Source: Candidatus Thorarchaeota archaeon (GTDB lineage: Archaea > Asgardarchaeota > Thorarchaeia > Thorarchaeales > Thorarchaeaceae). From it: a stretch of DNA of 64,000 nucleotides. The stretch covers positions 96,001 to 160,000 of the forward strand of contig JAGSHN010000005.1 of the NCBI GenBank assembly GCA_029855935.1, read 5' to 3'. Positions 8,779 to 18,650 of this stretch are shown here, piece by piece (the first letter of the stretch is position 1; each line of letters begins with the position of its first letter). Both the position numbers and the translations under genes were made by a program. The notes below the pieces were generated by a model. The model had not been told where the DNA came from. It saw only the letters and a list, made by a program, of their open reading frames with translations, and ran no database searches.

Positions 8779-9666
8779 CTACCTTCCCTCCAGCGGATGA
8801 GTGACGTACTGTACCTCCAAGTCCTTCGTGATTGTGGCCGTGCTGCGACGAGCGGCCCAGCACTGAACAGCAACGCCGACAGGTAGACTTGCAGGGTGAC
8901 GCATTGCATAGTCCACCTTCACACCCAGCACGGTGGTATCGCCCCCAAGACCCATTGGGCCAATGCCTGTAGCATTTAGTGCCTCATATAGTTCCTCCTC
9001 AATCTTTGCAATCTCCGGGTCGGGATGCCGATCATTCAGCGGACGCAAAAGCTGTTGCTTAGCAATCTTCATCGCAATGTCGGATCCTCCACCAATTCCG
9101 ACACCGATGATGTTTGGTGCACATGCCTTCCCCATATAGCTCATTGCATTGTCAACGACCAGTTTCTTGACGCCCTTAAGGCCGACCCCGGGCTTGAGCA
9201 TTCCTAAGATAGACACATTCTCGCTGCCGCCCCCCTTGGGAAATGCAGTTATCTCCAGCGAGTCACCGGGGACGAGCTCCCAGTTGATCCACGGAATCTT
9301 CTCGCCCGTGTTGTTCCCTGAGTTGCCACCTACAATCGGGTTGACGGCATTCGGACGCAGAGGGACCTTCTCGGTGGCCGTGATGGTTGCCTTGGTCAGC
9401 GCGTCGCGTATCGCTCCGAGATGGGGAAACTCGTATCCGGCCTTGACGTAGAAGATTATTATCCCAGTGTCCTGGCACATAGGAATGCCGCCCTTTGCTA
9501 GCTCGATGTTCTTCAGGATCGCCTCAAACTGTGTCTTGGCAGTCGGGTTGGTTTCTCGCGCATAGGCAGAACGCAGTGCCTCCTCAACATCGGCAGGAAG
9601 GACTGTCGCTGCCATCTGCAGCAGACGAACGGTCGTATCGTGAATGACTTGAGCAGGATCTTTCAT
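8779..9666 (-). CDS. Class I fumarate hydratase alpha subunit
   Basis: PMCQDTG, PLRPN, PKGGGSEN, GIGPMGLGG, HPASLPV, QCWAAR. Confidence 0.92.
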   Translation of the reverse strand: MKDPAQVIHDTTVRLLQMAATVLPADVEEALRSAYARETNPTAKTQFEAILKNIELAKGGIPMCQDTGIIIFYVKAGYEFPHLGAIRDALTKATITATEKVPLRPNAVNPIVGGNSGNNTGEKIPWINWELVPGDSLEITAFPKGGGSENVSILGMLKPGVGLKGVKKLVVDNAMSYMGKACAPNIIGVGIGGGSDIAMKIAKQQLLRPLNDRHPDPEIAKIEEELYEALNATGIGPMGLGGDTTVLGVKVDYAMRHPASLPVGVAVQCWAARRSTATITKDLEVQYVTHPLEGR

Positions 9667-9836
9667 CCTAGTTCAGCCTCCTGGCTGTGTACGGATGTCG
9701 GGGAACTAGCCCCCGGCTGTGTGCGTTGACCATATATGCCCCTAATCTGTCTTGCTGTCTGGAGACCTGCTCCCGTTGGTCACGGCTGCACGGCGGCCAC
9801 AGCAAGAGCAGGTAGACACAGATTGTGTGATGGACA

Positions 9837-10316
9837 TTGCTCCAAGCGTTGGTACTCTTTGCATGCAGCGTGGTTGTGCTCGCAGTGGCCAGTGTCACGG
9901 ACCTTAGAGATAGAACTGTACCAAACTGGCTGTCAGCCACTGCAATGACAGCAGGAGCGAGTCTCTCAATTCTCACTGGTGACCTCTTTCTGAGGCTTCC
10001 GGTCTACATATCAACCATCTTGTTCGTACTGCTCATCGCGTACGTCCTGTTCCGAATCGGCGCCCTAGGCGGGGGGGATGCCAAGATCCTACTTGCTGTT
10101 GCCATTATCAGCCCCGGCACGGTGTTCGTCGAAGTCGATTCCGCATTGGCCCTCCTAGAGGGAGTGGTCCCCTTCGGTCTGATGCTAGTGTTGACTCTTG
10201 GTATGGGTCACATCTATCACCGAATGAGCAACTCAAGCCAGCAGACGCCGCTTGTACCATTAATGCTCTTGTCTTATCTTATGGTACAGCTCTTCCCCAT
10301 AGTGCTTTGGCTCTGA
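9837..10316 (+). CDS. A24-family prepilin/preflagellin peptidase
   Basis: TDLRDRTVPNW and GGGDAK aspartate motifs; multiple hydrophobic helices. Confidence 0.8.
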   Translation: MLQALVLFACSVVVLAVASVTDLRDRTVPNWLSATAMTAGASLSILTGDLFLRLPVYISTILFVLLIAYVLFRIGALGGGDAKILLAVAIISPGTVFVEVDSALALLEGVVPFGLMLVLTLGMGHIYHRMSNSSQQTPLVPLMLLSYLMVQLFPIVLWL

Positions 10317-10345
10317 CTGCGTGACATAGATGCCAGATAGCAGTG

Positions 10346-11065
10346 TCACGTGAGGGGATCGCCGATATGTATCCCATCACCCTCAATTGTCAACTCGTGC
10401 CACCTCAGGGAGTGGGACGTGTGACGCATCTTCCAGACGACTATGCTTCTCCGGAGAGATAGATTGGTCATATCAAGGTGGAGTATCACTAGACCCTGTG
10501 CGACATGATGCCCGGCCGTGGGCTGGGAGAGCACGCCGTTCGGTGGTGTGTCGGATATCAATAGTGATGTCAGACCGAGTTCGTTGAGGAGCGCACTTAT
10601 TCTCAGGACCTCGCCCCTCACTACCGAGGGGGTCGTCGAGGGGAGGTTCAGTGCAGAGAAACTATCGATTGTCAGACGTTTTGCACCAGATTCATTGACG
10701 ACAGTATAGATCTCCTCCGCGAGCGTTGCTAGGTCGAATCCACGACGCAATGCGTGTTTTTCGGATGTGGGGAGACCAGCCCGATTTGACGCGGCATCGA
10801 TTATGACAAACTTCCCGTCGGCCTCAAGTCTTGACAGGTCCCATCCGAAGGTGGTTGCTGTCCGTCTCACCTCCTGAGGCCTAGACTCAAGAGTGACAAG
10901 GACCCCGGGCTCATCGTATAGGTCTGCCCCTTTGTACAGATACTGCAGTCCAAAGATCGACTTTCCCGAGCCTGTTGGTCCCACGACCATTGTGGAGACG
11001 CCCCTGGGAAGGCCCCCGTCAACAAGGGCATCGAAACCCGGGATTCCCGTCTTTGCACGGGTCAT
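10346..11065 (-). CDS. Single-domain KaiC/RAD55-like RecA-superfamily ATPase
   Basis: KTGIPGFD, Walker A GPTGSGKS, TIDS, KMRHTSH. Confidence 0.88.
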   Translation of the reverse strand: MTRAKTGIPGFDALVDGGLPRGVSTMVVGPTGSGKSIFGLQYLYKGADLYDEPGVLVTLESRPQEVRRTATTFGWDLSRLEADGKFVIIDAASNRAGLPTSEKHALRRGFDLATLAEEIYTVVNESGAKRLTIDSFSALNLPSTTPSVVRGEVLRISALLNELGLTSLLISDTPPNGVLSQPTAGHHVAQGLVILHLDMTNLSLRRSIVVWKMRHTSHSLRWHELTIEGDGIHIGDPLT

Positions 11066-11655
11066 TGCCTGTCACTTCCACTGGGTGGCGGTCCAGCAAT
11101 CTCCCAACCCTTCACTATCGAGCTGAGCGGGGTCAATGAAACCTCGACTATGTCAGGGCGCTTCCTCAGAGACTCCACAGTCTTCTCGACCCCAGCCTCG
11201 TCAGGTGCCACAATGAGTGCATAGAGTGTCATAGGCTCACTGCTCACGCCAATCCACTGAAATGCATCCTCCGTCGATAGTTCCTCCGCAAGCGTCTGAG
11301 TCCTATTGCTGCTGATTGATGGGAGGATGTGGCCGCCAACCTTGATCCTGACGAGCCCGGCTGCGTTCAGTCCGAGCGCCCGCGGATTGAGTAGCGCGGA
11401 GAATCGTGAAACTATCCCGGACTTGAGAAGGCGCCGCGTTCTGAAGTGAACTGTTGTGTCGGGCTGGTTGAGCTCTCGTGCAATCTGTGTGAATGGGAGG
11501 CGTGCATCTCGCTGTAGGATGCGGATAATCTTCCAGTCTAGGTCATCCACGGTGGGCCACCCGGGATAGTCTATCAAGGGTAGGCCATGTTGCCCCATTG
11601 ACCTATTAAGACTTGCGTGGTTCGCAAAACGTCGCGTGATGATTGAGAGATTCAC
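11062..11655 (-). CDS. Lrp/AsnC family transcription regulator (true start probably downstream)
   Basis: DDLDWKIIRILQRDARLPFTQIAREL...TVHFR HTH signature. Confidence 0.85.
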   Translation of the reverse strand: MNLSIITRRFANHASLNRSMGQHGLPLIDYPGWPTVDDLDWKIIRILQRDARLPFTQIARELNQPDTTVHFRTRRLLKSGIVSRFSALLNPRALGLNAAGLVRIKVGGHILPSISSNRTQTLAEELSTEDAFQWIGVSSEPMTLYALIVAPDEAGVEKTVESLRKRPDIVEVSLTPLSSIVKGWEIAGPPPSGSDRQ

Positions 11656-12029
11656 AACATGTGGGAGATGATTACCACAAGAAGTCGCTCATACACACGT
11701 GCGGGGGCGACAAAGACGTAGATGAGTGTCCAGAGCAAGATCCATAATAGAAGGTACGACGCTAGGGAGTCTGTCACCAGTTTCTGGCGGCCACCAATCT
11801 CTGACGGGTCTATGTCCATCACGTAGACAATCACGAAGAGTGAGAGTGTATACACAAGGAATCCAAACAGAACACCTCGCACACCAGCGAAGGCTACTCC
11901 ATTGAGCCCGCAGACAATTGCGCTGATTGTCGCAAAGAGCATCTTGACGTAGAACGACTGATCCTTGGGGCGATCATCCCACCGTCGAAACATCATCTTG
12001 AAAGCGGTGCTGAGTCCCATCTTGGCCAC
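11652..12029 (-). CDS. EMC6/RAB5IF(OPTI)-like three-TM membrane protein
   Basis: IVCG...GFLVY...IDPSEIGG..KLVTDSL.SYLLLWILLWTLIY resembles recalled RAB5IF and EMC6 C-termini. Confidence 0.7.
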   Translation of the reverse strand: MAKMGLSTAFKMMFRRWDDRPKDQSFYVKMLFATISAIVCGLNGVAFAGVRGVLFGFLVYTLSLFVIVYVMDIDPSEIGGRQKLVTDSLASYLLLWILLWTLIYVFVAPARVYERLLVVIISHML

Positions 12030-12092
12030 CAGTCAGAGGCATCGTCAAGCAGTGCACGTTATAAAAGACTCGGTCAGTCTGACCAAGCGTGG

Positions 12093-14120
12093 ATGTTGAT
12101 GAAGGATACTATGAGTAATGTGGACATACGGCTGATTCTGCCCGAACTCAAGTCCGCCATAGAGGGCGGGTTTGTGAAGAACATCTACCAGTACGGAGAT
12201 GTCTTTGTTTTGAAGGTCTACCAGCCTGGTGGCGGGACCGCCAATCTGCTCGTAGAGCCTGGTCGACGTGTTCATCTTACTCAGTTCAGGAGAGCAGCTC
12301 CGCGCAACCCTCCCAAGTTTGCAACAGTCCTGCGGAAATATGTGCGTGACCGACGCATACTGCGACTGTATCAGCACGATCTCGATCGAATCATAGTGAT
12401 TGAGATTGAGGGGGAAGAGTCGAAGTACAAGATTGTGGCCGAGTTGTTTGGCACGGGTAATCTGCTATTGCTTGACGGAGAAGATCACATCTTTGTCGCA
12501 CTGCGGTACAAGAGGATGAGAGATAGGGATATTGTCCCCAGGGCCAACTATAGGTTTCCTCCGCCAAGAGGAAGGGACATCTTTGAAGCAGACTTGGACC
12601 ACCTCGGGGAGATACTGAACGACTCAAAGTCGAGCGTCGTCAGAACATTGGCAAGTAGACTGAATCTGGACGCACTGAGCTGCGAGGAGATATGTACACT
12701 AGGAGGGGTCGACCCCTCAGCCAACATCGCCGATCTCGATTCCACATCGGTCGAGCGTCTCATGGAGGGCATGAGGGAGTTCAGAGAACGCCTGAGTCAG
12801 GGGGTGCGAGAGCCGAGGATAGTGTTCGAGCCCGGCGAGGAGGGGCCGCGGAACGTTGCATTCACACCATTCCCATTCGAGACGTTTCGAAACCACCCTT
12901 ATCGCACATTCGACACCTTCAGCCAAGCTATCGACGAGTACTTCGGTGTGACGGAGTCCGAACTCGGAGAAGAGGAGGAGGAGGATGCCCTACTGAGAGA
13001 GAAGAAACGCTTGATGATAATCATCGAGAGACAACAGGAGGGTATAGAGTCCCTCCGACAGAGAGCCGAGGCAGCACGTAGGGCGGGAGAGATAATCTAT
13101 GCCAACTTCCAACTCGTGGATGATGTGCTCGAGTCGGTAAGGAAGGCACGTGACAGCGGTCTGGACTGGCCAGATATCATAGAACGGGTGGAGAGAGGAA
13201 AGAGAGAGGGCAATCCTGCGGCGGCAGCAATCGAGAAGATACTGCCCTCCCAAGCACGAATAACACTGAATCTTGAAGGGACTGAGATTGATCTCGACGT
13301 GAGGCTGAACGTACAGGACAATGCTGCAAGATATTATGAGATTGCAAAGAAAACAGAGAGGAAGATCAAGGGGGCGCTAGAACAGATCGAGAAGACAAAG
13401 GCGAAACTTGCAGCACTCGCCATGAGAGAGGCCCCTGTAGAAACGATACCCAAACGGCGCCCCGTGAGAATAAGAAGAAAGAGATGGTACGAGAAATTCA
13501 GGTGGTTCATCTCAAGCGAGGGCTTCCTTGTAATAGGTGGACGTGATGCCAAGACAAACGAGATTATTGCAAAGAGGTACCTTGAACCGAACGATCTGTT
13601 TCTCCATGCTGCCCTTCACGGGGCACCCTACACAGTGATTAAGGTACCCAGCGAAAAACCAGGCGAAACTACTATCAGAGAGGCGGCACAGTTCGCAGTG
13701 TCATATTCAAGAGCTTGGCAGGACTGTTTTTCCAGCGGCGATGCATACTGGGTCACCCCCGAACAGGTGAGCTTTTCTGCTCCCTCCGGGGAATATCTCC
13801 CAGCGGGCAGTGTGATGATATACGGTTCAAAGAACTACATCAGGGGAGTGCCTGTAGAGCTGGCAGTGGGCGTTCTATTAGAGGAGGAATGGGCAGTGCC
13901 TATGGGTGGACCGCCCACCGCTGTGGCTGCGCACACGCCGTATCACGTCGTAGTACAGCCCGGAGATACAAAGAAGGGGCAGCTGGTGCGAGAGATAGTG
14001 GCAGTTCTTCGTTCCATAGTTCCAGCCGAACAAGCCACTCTCATCGTGGAGATTCCAGAGGAGGACATCATGCGGGTCCTCCCCACTGGCAGTGGGCGTA
14101 TCGTACGAGAGCACGGATAG
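12093..14120 (+). CDS. rqcH: Ribosome quality-control factor Rqc2/NEMF (NFACT family)
   Basis: MSNVDI, LDRII, ELFGTGN, WYEKFRWFISSEG, GGRDAKTNE, SGEYL..GS.MIYG. Confidence 0.92.
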   Translation: MLMKDTMSNVDIRLILPELKSAIEGGFVKNIYQYGDVFVLKVYQPGGGTANLLVEPGRRVHLTQFRRAAPRNPPKFATVLRKYVRDRRILRLYQHDLDRIIVIEIEGEESKYKIVAELFGTGNLLLLDGEDHIFVALRYKRMRDRDIVPRANYRFPPPRGRDIFEADLDHLGEILNDSKSSVVRTLASRLNLDALSCEEICTLGGVDPSANIADLDSTSVERLMEGMREFRERLSQGVREPRIVFEPGEEGPRNVAFTPFPFETFRNHPYRTFDTFSQAIDEYFGVTESELGEEEEEDALLREKKRLMIIIERQQEGIESLRQRAEAARRAGEIIYANFQLVDDVLESVRKARDSGLDWPDIIERVERGKREGNPAAAAIEKILPSQARITLNLEGTEIDLDVRLNVQDNAARYYEIAKKTERKIKGALEQIEKTKAKLAALAMREAPVETIPKRRPVRIRRKRWYEKFRWFISSEGFLVIGGRDAKTNEIIAKRYLEPNDLFLHAALHGAPYTVIKVPSEKPGETTIREAAQFAVSYSRAWQDCFSSGDAYWVTPEQVSFSAPSGEYLPAGSVMIYGSKNYIRGVPVELAVGVLLEEEWAVPMGGPPTAVAAHTPYHVVVQPGDTKKGQLVREIVAVLRSIVPAEQATLIVEIPEEDIMRVLPTGSGRIVREHG

Positions 14121-14228
14121 ACGAGAAGTCAGTCGAGTCGATAACATTTTTAATCGTGCGCATAGTGACACGCCTCGGGGACATTCTATAGGTTGGAACA
14201 ATAGTCCCTGTTGAGAGAGGTCATTTCT

Positions 14229-14801
14229 ATGTCGGAACCCTCGCACACGATGTCCGTGAGGGACATTATGGCAGTGAACGTCGTGACCATTCAACCCGAT
14301 GCCCTGATACTGGAAGTCGCCAGACTGATGGCCAAGATGGACATCGGCTCAGTCGTTGTCGTTGATGGTCACAAGCCAGTGGGAATAATCACGGAATCGG
14401 ATATAGTCCGGAGAGTCATAGCTGCAGAGAGGGATCCGACGGCCTGTATCGCCAAAGAGGTCATGTCGTCGCCCATTATTCATGTCACGTCGGACACTCC
14501 TCTGACGGAGGCAATGCGCGTGATGGCGAGAAGCGGTATCAGACGTCTGATTGTCTTGAAGAATGACTCGCTGGCAGGCATTATCACATCCAGGGACATC
14601 CTGAGATGGTCTCCCGAACTGATCGACGTGCTTGTAGAGTCGCTGCGCCTGAGAGAGGGGCCGACCGAGGGCGGGGCTGAAACAGAGGCCGAGGAGGACG
14701 AGCTGGTGGCCTACGGGGGCATCTGTGACGTATGCGGGGAGTACTCCACCGACCTCGTCTTCGAGGACGGAAAGTATCTCTGCGAGTCTTGCCGGCGATG
14801 A
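14229..14801 (+). CDS. CBS-domain protein with C-terminal Zn ribbon
   Basis: CBS pair (GIITESD, GIITSRD), then CDVC...CESC. Confidence 0.85.
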   Translation: MSEPSHTMSVRDIMAVNVVTIQPDALILEVARLMAKMDIGSVVVVDGHKPVGIITESDIVRRVIAAERDPTACIAKEVMSSPIIHVTSDTPLTEAMRVMARSGIRRLIVLKNDSLAGIITSRDILRWSPELIDVLVESLRLREGPTEGGAETEAEEDELVAYGGICDVCGEYSTDLVFEDGKYLCESCRR

Positions 14802-14855
14802 GATAGAGGGCACAGAGAATCGAGTGAGAGTAAAACCAAGAGGAGGAAACTGCCT

Positions 14856-15671
14856 ATGAAAGTGAGTCAAATAATGGTGGAGCCCGTCACAATTGACAAG
14901 GATCAGCGTCTGTCACACGCGCTTGATCTTCTTGAGAAGAAGCGAGTTGATAGACTGATAGTGACCGAGGACAACAATGTTGTTGGCATACTCACCTATG
15001 CTGACATTGCTGACAGATTGGGTGTCAGCAAGGTAGTCGCCGTGTCAATTGGTAGACTGCACGTTTCATCAGCGATGTCTGACACAGTCATCTCAGTCAG
15101 TCCCGATGATGACATCACTGATGTCGCTCGTCTAATGGTTGAGCGCGGGATGAGTGGATGCCCCGTCATTGATGAGGAGAAGGGACTTGTGGGTGTTGTC
15201 ACAAAGCGGGAGCTGTTGCCGCTTGTGATGAAATTTGACAAGGTCAAAGTGAGGGATCTTATGACCTCAGGCGAGATCCTTCAGGCCAACCCGGTTGAAC
15301 GCCTGATCAAGGCCAGAATGGACCTCCTCACTGCAGGATACTCGGGCATGCCTGTGACCGACGGCTCCCGCGTGATAGGGTTGCTCACCGAACGTCTTGT
15401 TGCAAAGGCAATGGCAAAGTTCAGTACGGAGGTTCCCGACAAACACAGAGCCAATCAGATACGTCTCTTGCGTGTTGCTGATGCAATGCTCAGTCAGCCT
15501 CCAGTCATCAAGGAGGACGCATCAATTGCCGAGGCCGCGCAGTTGATGATTGATACCAATCTCAATACTCTGCCTGTAGTGGACAAGGACGAACGACTCG
15601 TTGGGATAATCAGCACAACAGACATTGCAAGGTTCGTTGCCAATAAATTCCGAGTTCCGAAGACAGACTAG
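14856..15671 (+). CDS. Four-CBS-domain protein
   Basis: Repeated CBS motifs GILT, GVVT, GLLT, GIIS. Confidence 0.85.
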   Translation: MKVSQIMVEPVTIDKDQRLSHALDLLEKKRVDRLIVTEDNNVVGILTYADIADRLGVSKVVAVSIGRLHVSSAMSDTVISVSPDDDITDVARLMVERGMSGCPVIDEEKGLVGVVTKRELLPLVMKFDKVKVRDLMTSGEILQANPVERLIKARMDLLTAGYSGMPVTDGSRVIGLLTERLVAKAMAKFSTEVPDKHRANQIRLLRVADAMLSQPPVIKEDASIAEAAQLMIDTNLNTLPVVDKDERLVGIISTTDIARFVANKFRVPKTD

Positions 15672-15699
15672 TTCGCCTCTCTGAGCGTCAGCAGGTCCT

Positions 15700-17019
15700 G
15701 TGGTCAAAGTGGTCGTCGACCTCTTATTAAGAAACGGGACAATCATAGGGAATCAAACCGAGACGCGGGCCTCAATCGCAGTGTCAGGTCAGAGAATTAA
15801 GGGTGTATACCGACCCGGAACGGAACCAGTGGCACGCCAAGTCGTAGACTGTAATGGACACTACATCCTTCCAGGAATGGTGGACATCCACGTCCACCTT
15901 AGGGACCTTGAGGAGTCGCAGAAGGAAGACTACGCCACAGGCACGATGGCTGCTGCTGCGGGAGGGGTGACCACTGTCGTGGACATGCCCAATTCGCGCC
16001 CTCCGGTGTTGGACTATGATATTCTGCGTTTGAAGATTGAGCGGGCAACGGAGCAACGTTTCGTCAATGTCGGATTCTATGCGGGGATACCTCGCGACGT
16101 GTCAGATGTTAGCCCCCGGATGAAACCGGACATATTGGGATTCAAGGTCTACCCGCATTCTCCACTCTCCGAGGGCGTTCGATACACCTCGACACGTGTC
16201 GCTGACTGCCTGTCCTTGGCCCGAGCGTGGGGACTTCCGCTCCTAGTTCACCCCAACCATAGCGAAACAAAGAGTGCCCCGGCAACCATCGAGGAGTTTT
16301 GGAGAGTCCACAGCTGCGAAACGGAGGTAGATGCTATCAGGAGATTCCTCAGCATTCGAGAGAGATTTGGGGGGCATCTCCATTTCTGCCACGTGAGCTG
16401 CGCGTCGGCTGCAGAGATACTGTCGCAGAGGGCAGGAAGACGTATCACAGCTGAGATCACACCCCACCATCTATTCCTGAACAGGGAGGACAGCCCCACG
16501 GATGGTTCCACAAAAGTGCTGCCGCCTCTGAGAACCGCACGCGACAACGAGGCGCTAATCAAGTTCTTGAAGAACAACAGGAATGTCTGTATCGCATCAG
16601 ACCACGCACCACACCGGATTGAAGAAAAGAAGAGGGAGTTCATCAGAGCAGCCTCTGGGTTCCCAGGGCTGGAAACTACTCTTCCAATGATCATTTCAGC
16701 GATACTCAGACATCGCTTGCCTTGGCAATCGTATCTCGAGGCTTGTTGCGCAGTTCCAGCCGAGATAGTAGGTCTGAGGTCCAAGGGCAAGCTGGCTGCG
16801 GGATATGATGCCGACATAGTTGTGGTCGCGCGAGAGAGATACAAAATCAGGGGGCAGAGATTCCGGTCAAGAGCCAAGATCACGCCGTTCGAAGGCCTTG
16901 AGGTCGAGGCACGGCCTGTGACCACAGTCGTGGGAGGTACTATCGTCTTTGATCACGGGGAGTTCACGGTTGACAAGGGTGAAATAGGAGTAGTGCCCCT
17001 AAGACGCCATATAGAATGA
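15700..17019 (+). CDS. pyrC: Dihydroorotase (amidohydrolase family)
   Basis: PGMVDIHVHLR, GGVTTVVDMPN, EITPHHL, ASDHAPH, SGFPGLET. Confidence 0.85.
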   Translation: MVKVVVDLLLRNGTIIGNQTETRASIAVSGQRIKGVYRPGTEPVARQVVDCNGHYILPGMVDIHVHLRDLEESQKEDYATGTMAAAAGGVTTVVDMPNSRPPVLDYDILRLKIERATEQRFVNVGFYAGIPRDVSDVSPRMKPDILGFKVYPHSPLSEGVRYTSTRVADCLSLARAWGLPLLVHPNHSETKSAPATIEEFWRVHSCETEVDAIRRFLSIRERFGGHLHFCHVSCASAAEILSQRAGRRITAEITPHHLFLNREDSPTDGSTKVLPPLRTARDNEALIKFLKNNRNVCIASDHAPHRIEEKKREFIRAASGFPGLETTLPMIISAILRHRLPWQSYLEACCAVPAEIVGLRSKGKLAAGYDADIVVVARERYKIRGQRFRSRAKITPFEGLEVEARPVTTVVGGTIVFDHGEFTVDKGEIGVVPLRRHIE

Positions 17020-17043
17020 CAGTGCCTTGATGGCCAGAGGGGA

Positions 17044-17685
17044 TTGGTACGCATGGATTATACCTACTCGGATGAAGACGGAGTGTTCTTGGTACGTCTA
17101 GCGCGAAGAGCTCTCGACGAGTACGTCAAACATAGAGTGAAGGTGGCGGTACCAGATGATGTCCCACCTCACCTGATGAAAAATTCGGGGGTCTTTGTCA
17201 CACTAAACACACTGGTTGATGATCACGTAATGCTCCGAGGGTGTATTGGGCGGCCATACCCCGTGCAGCCACTTGTAGTTGCCACAATCGATTCTGCTAT
17301 CGATGCGGCAGTGAATGACCCGCGGTTCCGTCCCGTGACCGCTGCAGAACTGGATGGGATTATTGTGGAGCTCAGCGTATTGACGCCGCCCACGAAGCTG
17401 GAGTATGATGACCCTCGGGACCTGCTCAATATTGTCAAGGTCGGGCGGGATGGTCTCATAGCATCACGCGGGATGTGGAGGGGTCTGTTACTCCCTCAGG
17501 TTCCGATTGAGTGGGGGTGGGATGTAAGAGAGTTCTTGGAGCACACGTGTATGAAGGCAGGTCTGCCTAAGGACGCATGGAAAGATCCAGACACAGAGTT
17601 CATGGCCTTTCAGGCAGAGATCTTTGGAGAGGTCACACCACGGGGCAAAATTGTCAGGAATCCGTCACATCCACGAGCCGGTTAG
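17044..17685 (+). CDS. AMMECR1-domain protein
   Basis: GVFVTL, LRGCIG, DPRF, GLLLPQV, CMKAGL. Confidence 0.92.
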   Translation: MVRMDYTYSDEDGVFLVRLARRALDEYVKHRVKVAVPDDVPPHLMKNSGVFVTLNTLVDDHVMLRGCIGRPYPVQPLVVATIDSAIDAAVNDPRFRPVTAAELDGIIVELSVLTPPTKLEYDDPRDLLNIVKVGRDGLIASRGMWRGLLLPQVPIEWGWDVREFLEHTCMKAGLPKDAWKDPDTEFMAFQAEIFGEVTPRGKIVRNPSHPRAG

Positions 17686-17700
17686 GGGGGTACAAGAGAT

Positions 17701-18555
17701 ATGCTACCACATCACGCCAGAGCCCTCCTGCGGACGTATCTTGAGGAGGACATCAGAAATGGTGATGTGACAACACGCTCGTTGCCACAGATTGCCGGAT
17801 CACAGGCCGTTGCCGTCATCTTGGCACAGTCCAAGTGTGTACTTGCGGGAGTTCAAGAGGCCCTAGAGATATCTAGTCTTGTGGGGGCGGAGGCAGAGGC
17901 TCTCGCCAAAGAGGGCGAGTGGGTCACTCCCGAACAGCCCGTTGTCAGGATAAGAGGTGATGCAGCCGTTCTATTGTCAATCGAAAGAGTCATACTCAAC
18001 ATAATGATGAGGATGAGCGGAATTGCGACAAAGACTCGTCGGATAGTTGAGAGAGCAAAAAAGGTGTATGCAACAATACGTGTAGCAGCCACACGAAAGA
18101 CGACACCAGGATTTAGGTTCTTCGAGAAACGTGCAGTGGAAGTGGGCGGGGGGGATCCGCACCGGTACGCACTCGATGACATGGTATTGATCAAGAACAA
18201 TCACATCTCAATAGTTGGAGGTGCTCGTCAGGCCGTACAGCTCGCCAAGAAACACGCTTCCTTCAGTAAGAAGATATCGTGTGAGGTGAGGAATGACGAG
18301 GAGGCCATAGAGGCGATACAGGAAGGAGCAGACATAATACTACTTGACAATTTTAGCCCCGATAGAATTGTCCGACTACTGGAGCGTCTTCAGGGTCTCA
18401 ATATCAGACAGAGTGTGGTCATAGAGGCCTCGGGGGGGATCGACGAGAACAACGTTGAGGCCTATGCTCAGACTGGCGTTGATGTCATATCGTGTGGCGC
18501 ACTCACTCATTCCTATGTTTCATCAGACTTCAACATGCGCATCGAGAATGAGTGA
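17701..18555 (+). CDS. nadC: Quinolinate phosphoribosyltransferase
   Basis: GDVTT, TRKTTPG, HRYAL.D..LIKNNH, LLDNF, EASGGI. Confidence 0.95.
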   Translation: MLPHHARALLRTYLEEDIRNGDVTTRSLPQIAGSQAVAVILAQSKCVLAGVQEALEISSLVGAEAEALAKEGEWVTPEQPVVRIRGDAAVLLSIERVILNIMMRMSGIATKTRRIVERAKKVYATIRVAATRKTTPGFRFFEKRAVEVGGGDPHRYALDDMVLIKNNHISIVGGARQAVQLAKKHASFSKKISCEVRNDEEAIEAIQEGADIILLDNFSPDRIVRLLERLQGLNIRQSVVIEASGGIDENNVEAYAQTGVDVISCGALTHSYVSSDFNMRIENE

Positions 18556-18633
18556 TGGTGCCCCGGCCGGGATTTGAACCCGGGTCATAGGATCGAAAGT
18601 CCTAGATGCTGGGCCGGGCTACACTACCGGGGC
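18556..18633 (-). tRNA. tRNA-Glu(UUC), CCA encoded, no intron
   Basis: GCCCCGG acceptor, TAGGA-CTTTCGA-TCCTA anticodon arm, GGTTCAAATCC T-arm, ACCA end. Abuts the nadC stop. Confidence 0.97.
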
Positions 18634-18650
18634 GTTCTACTTGCAAGGAT

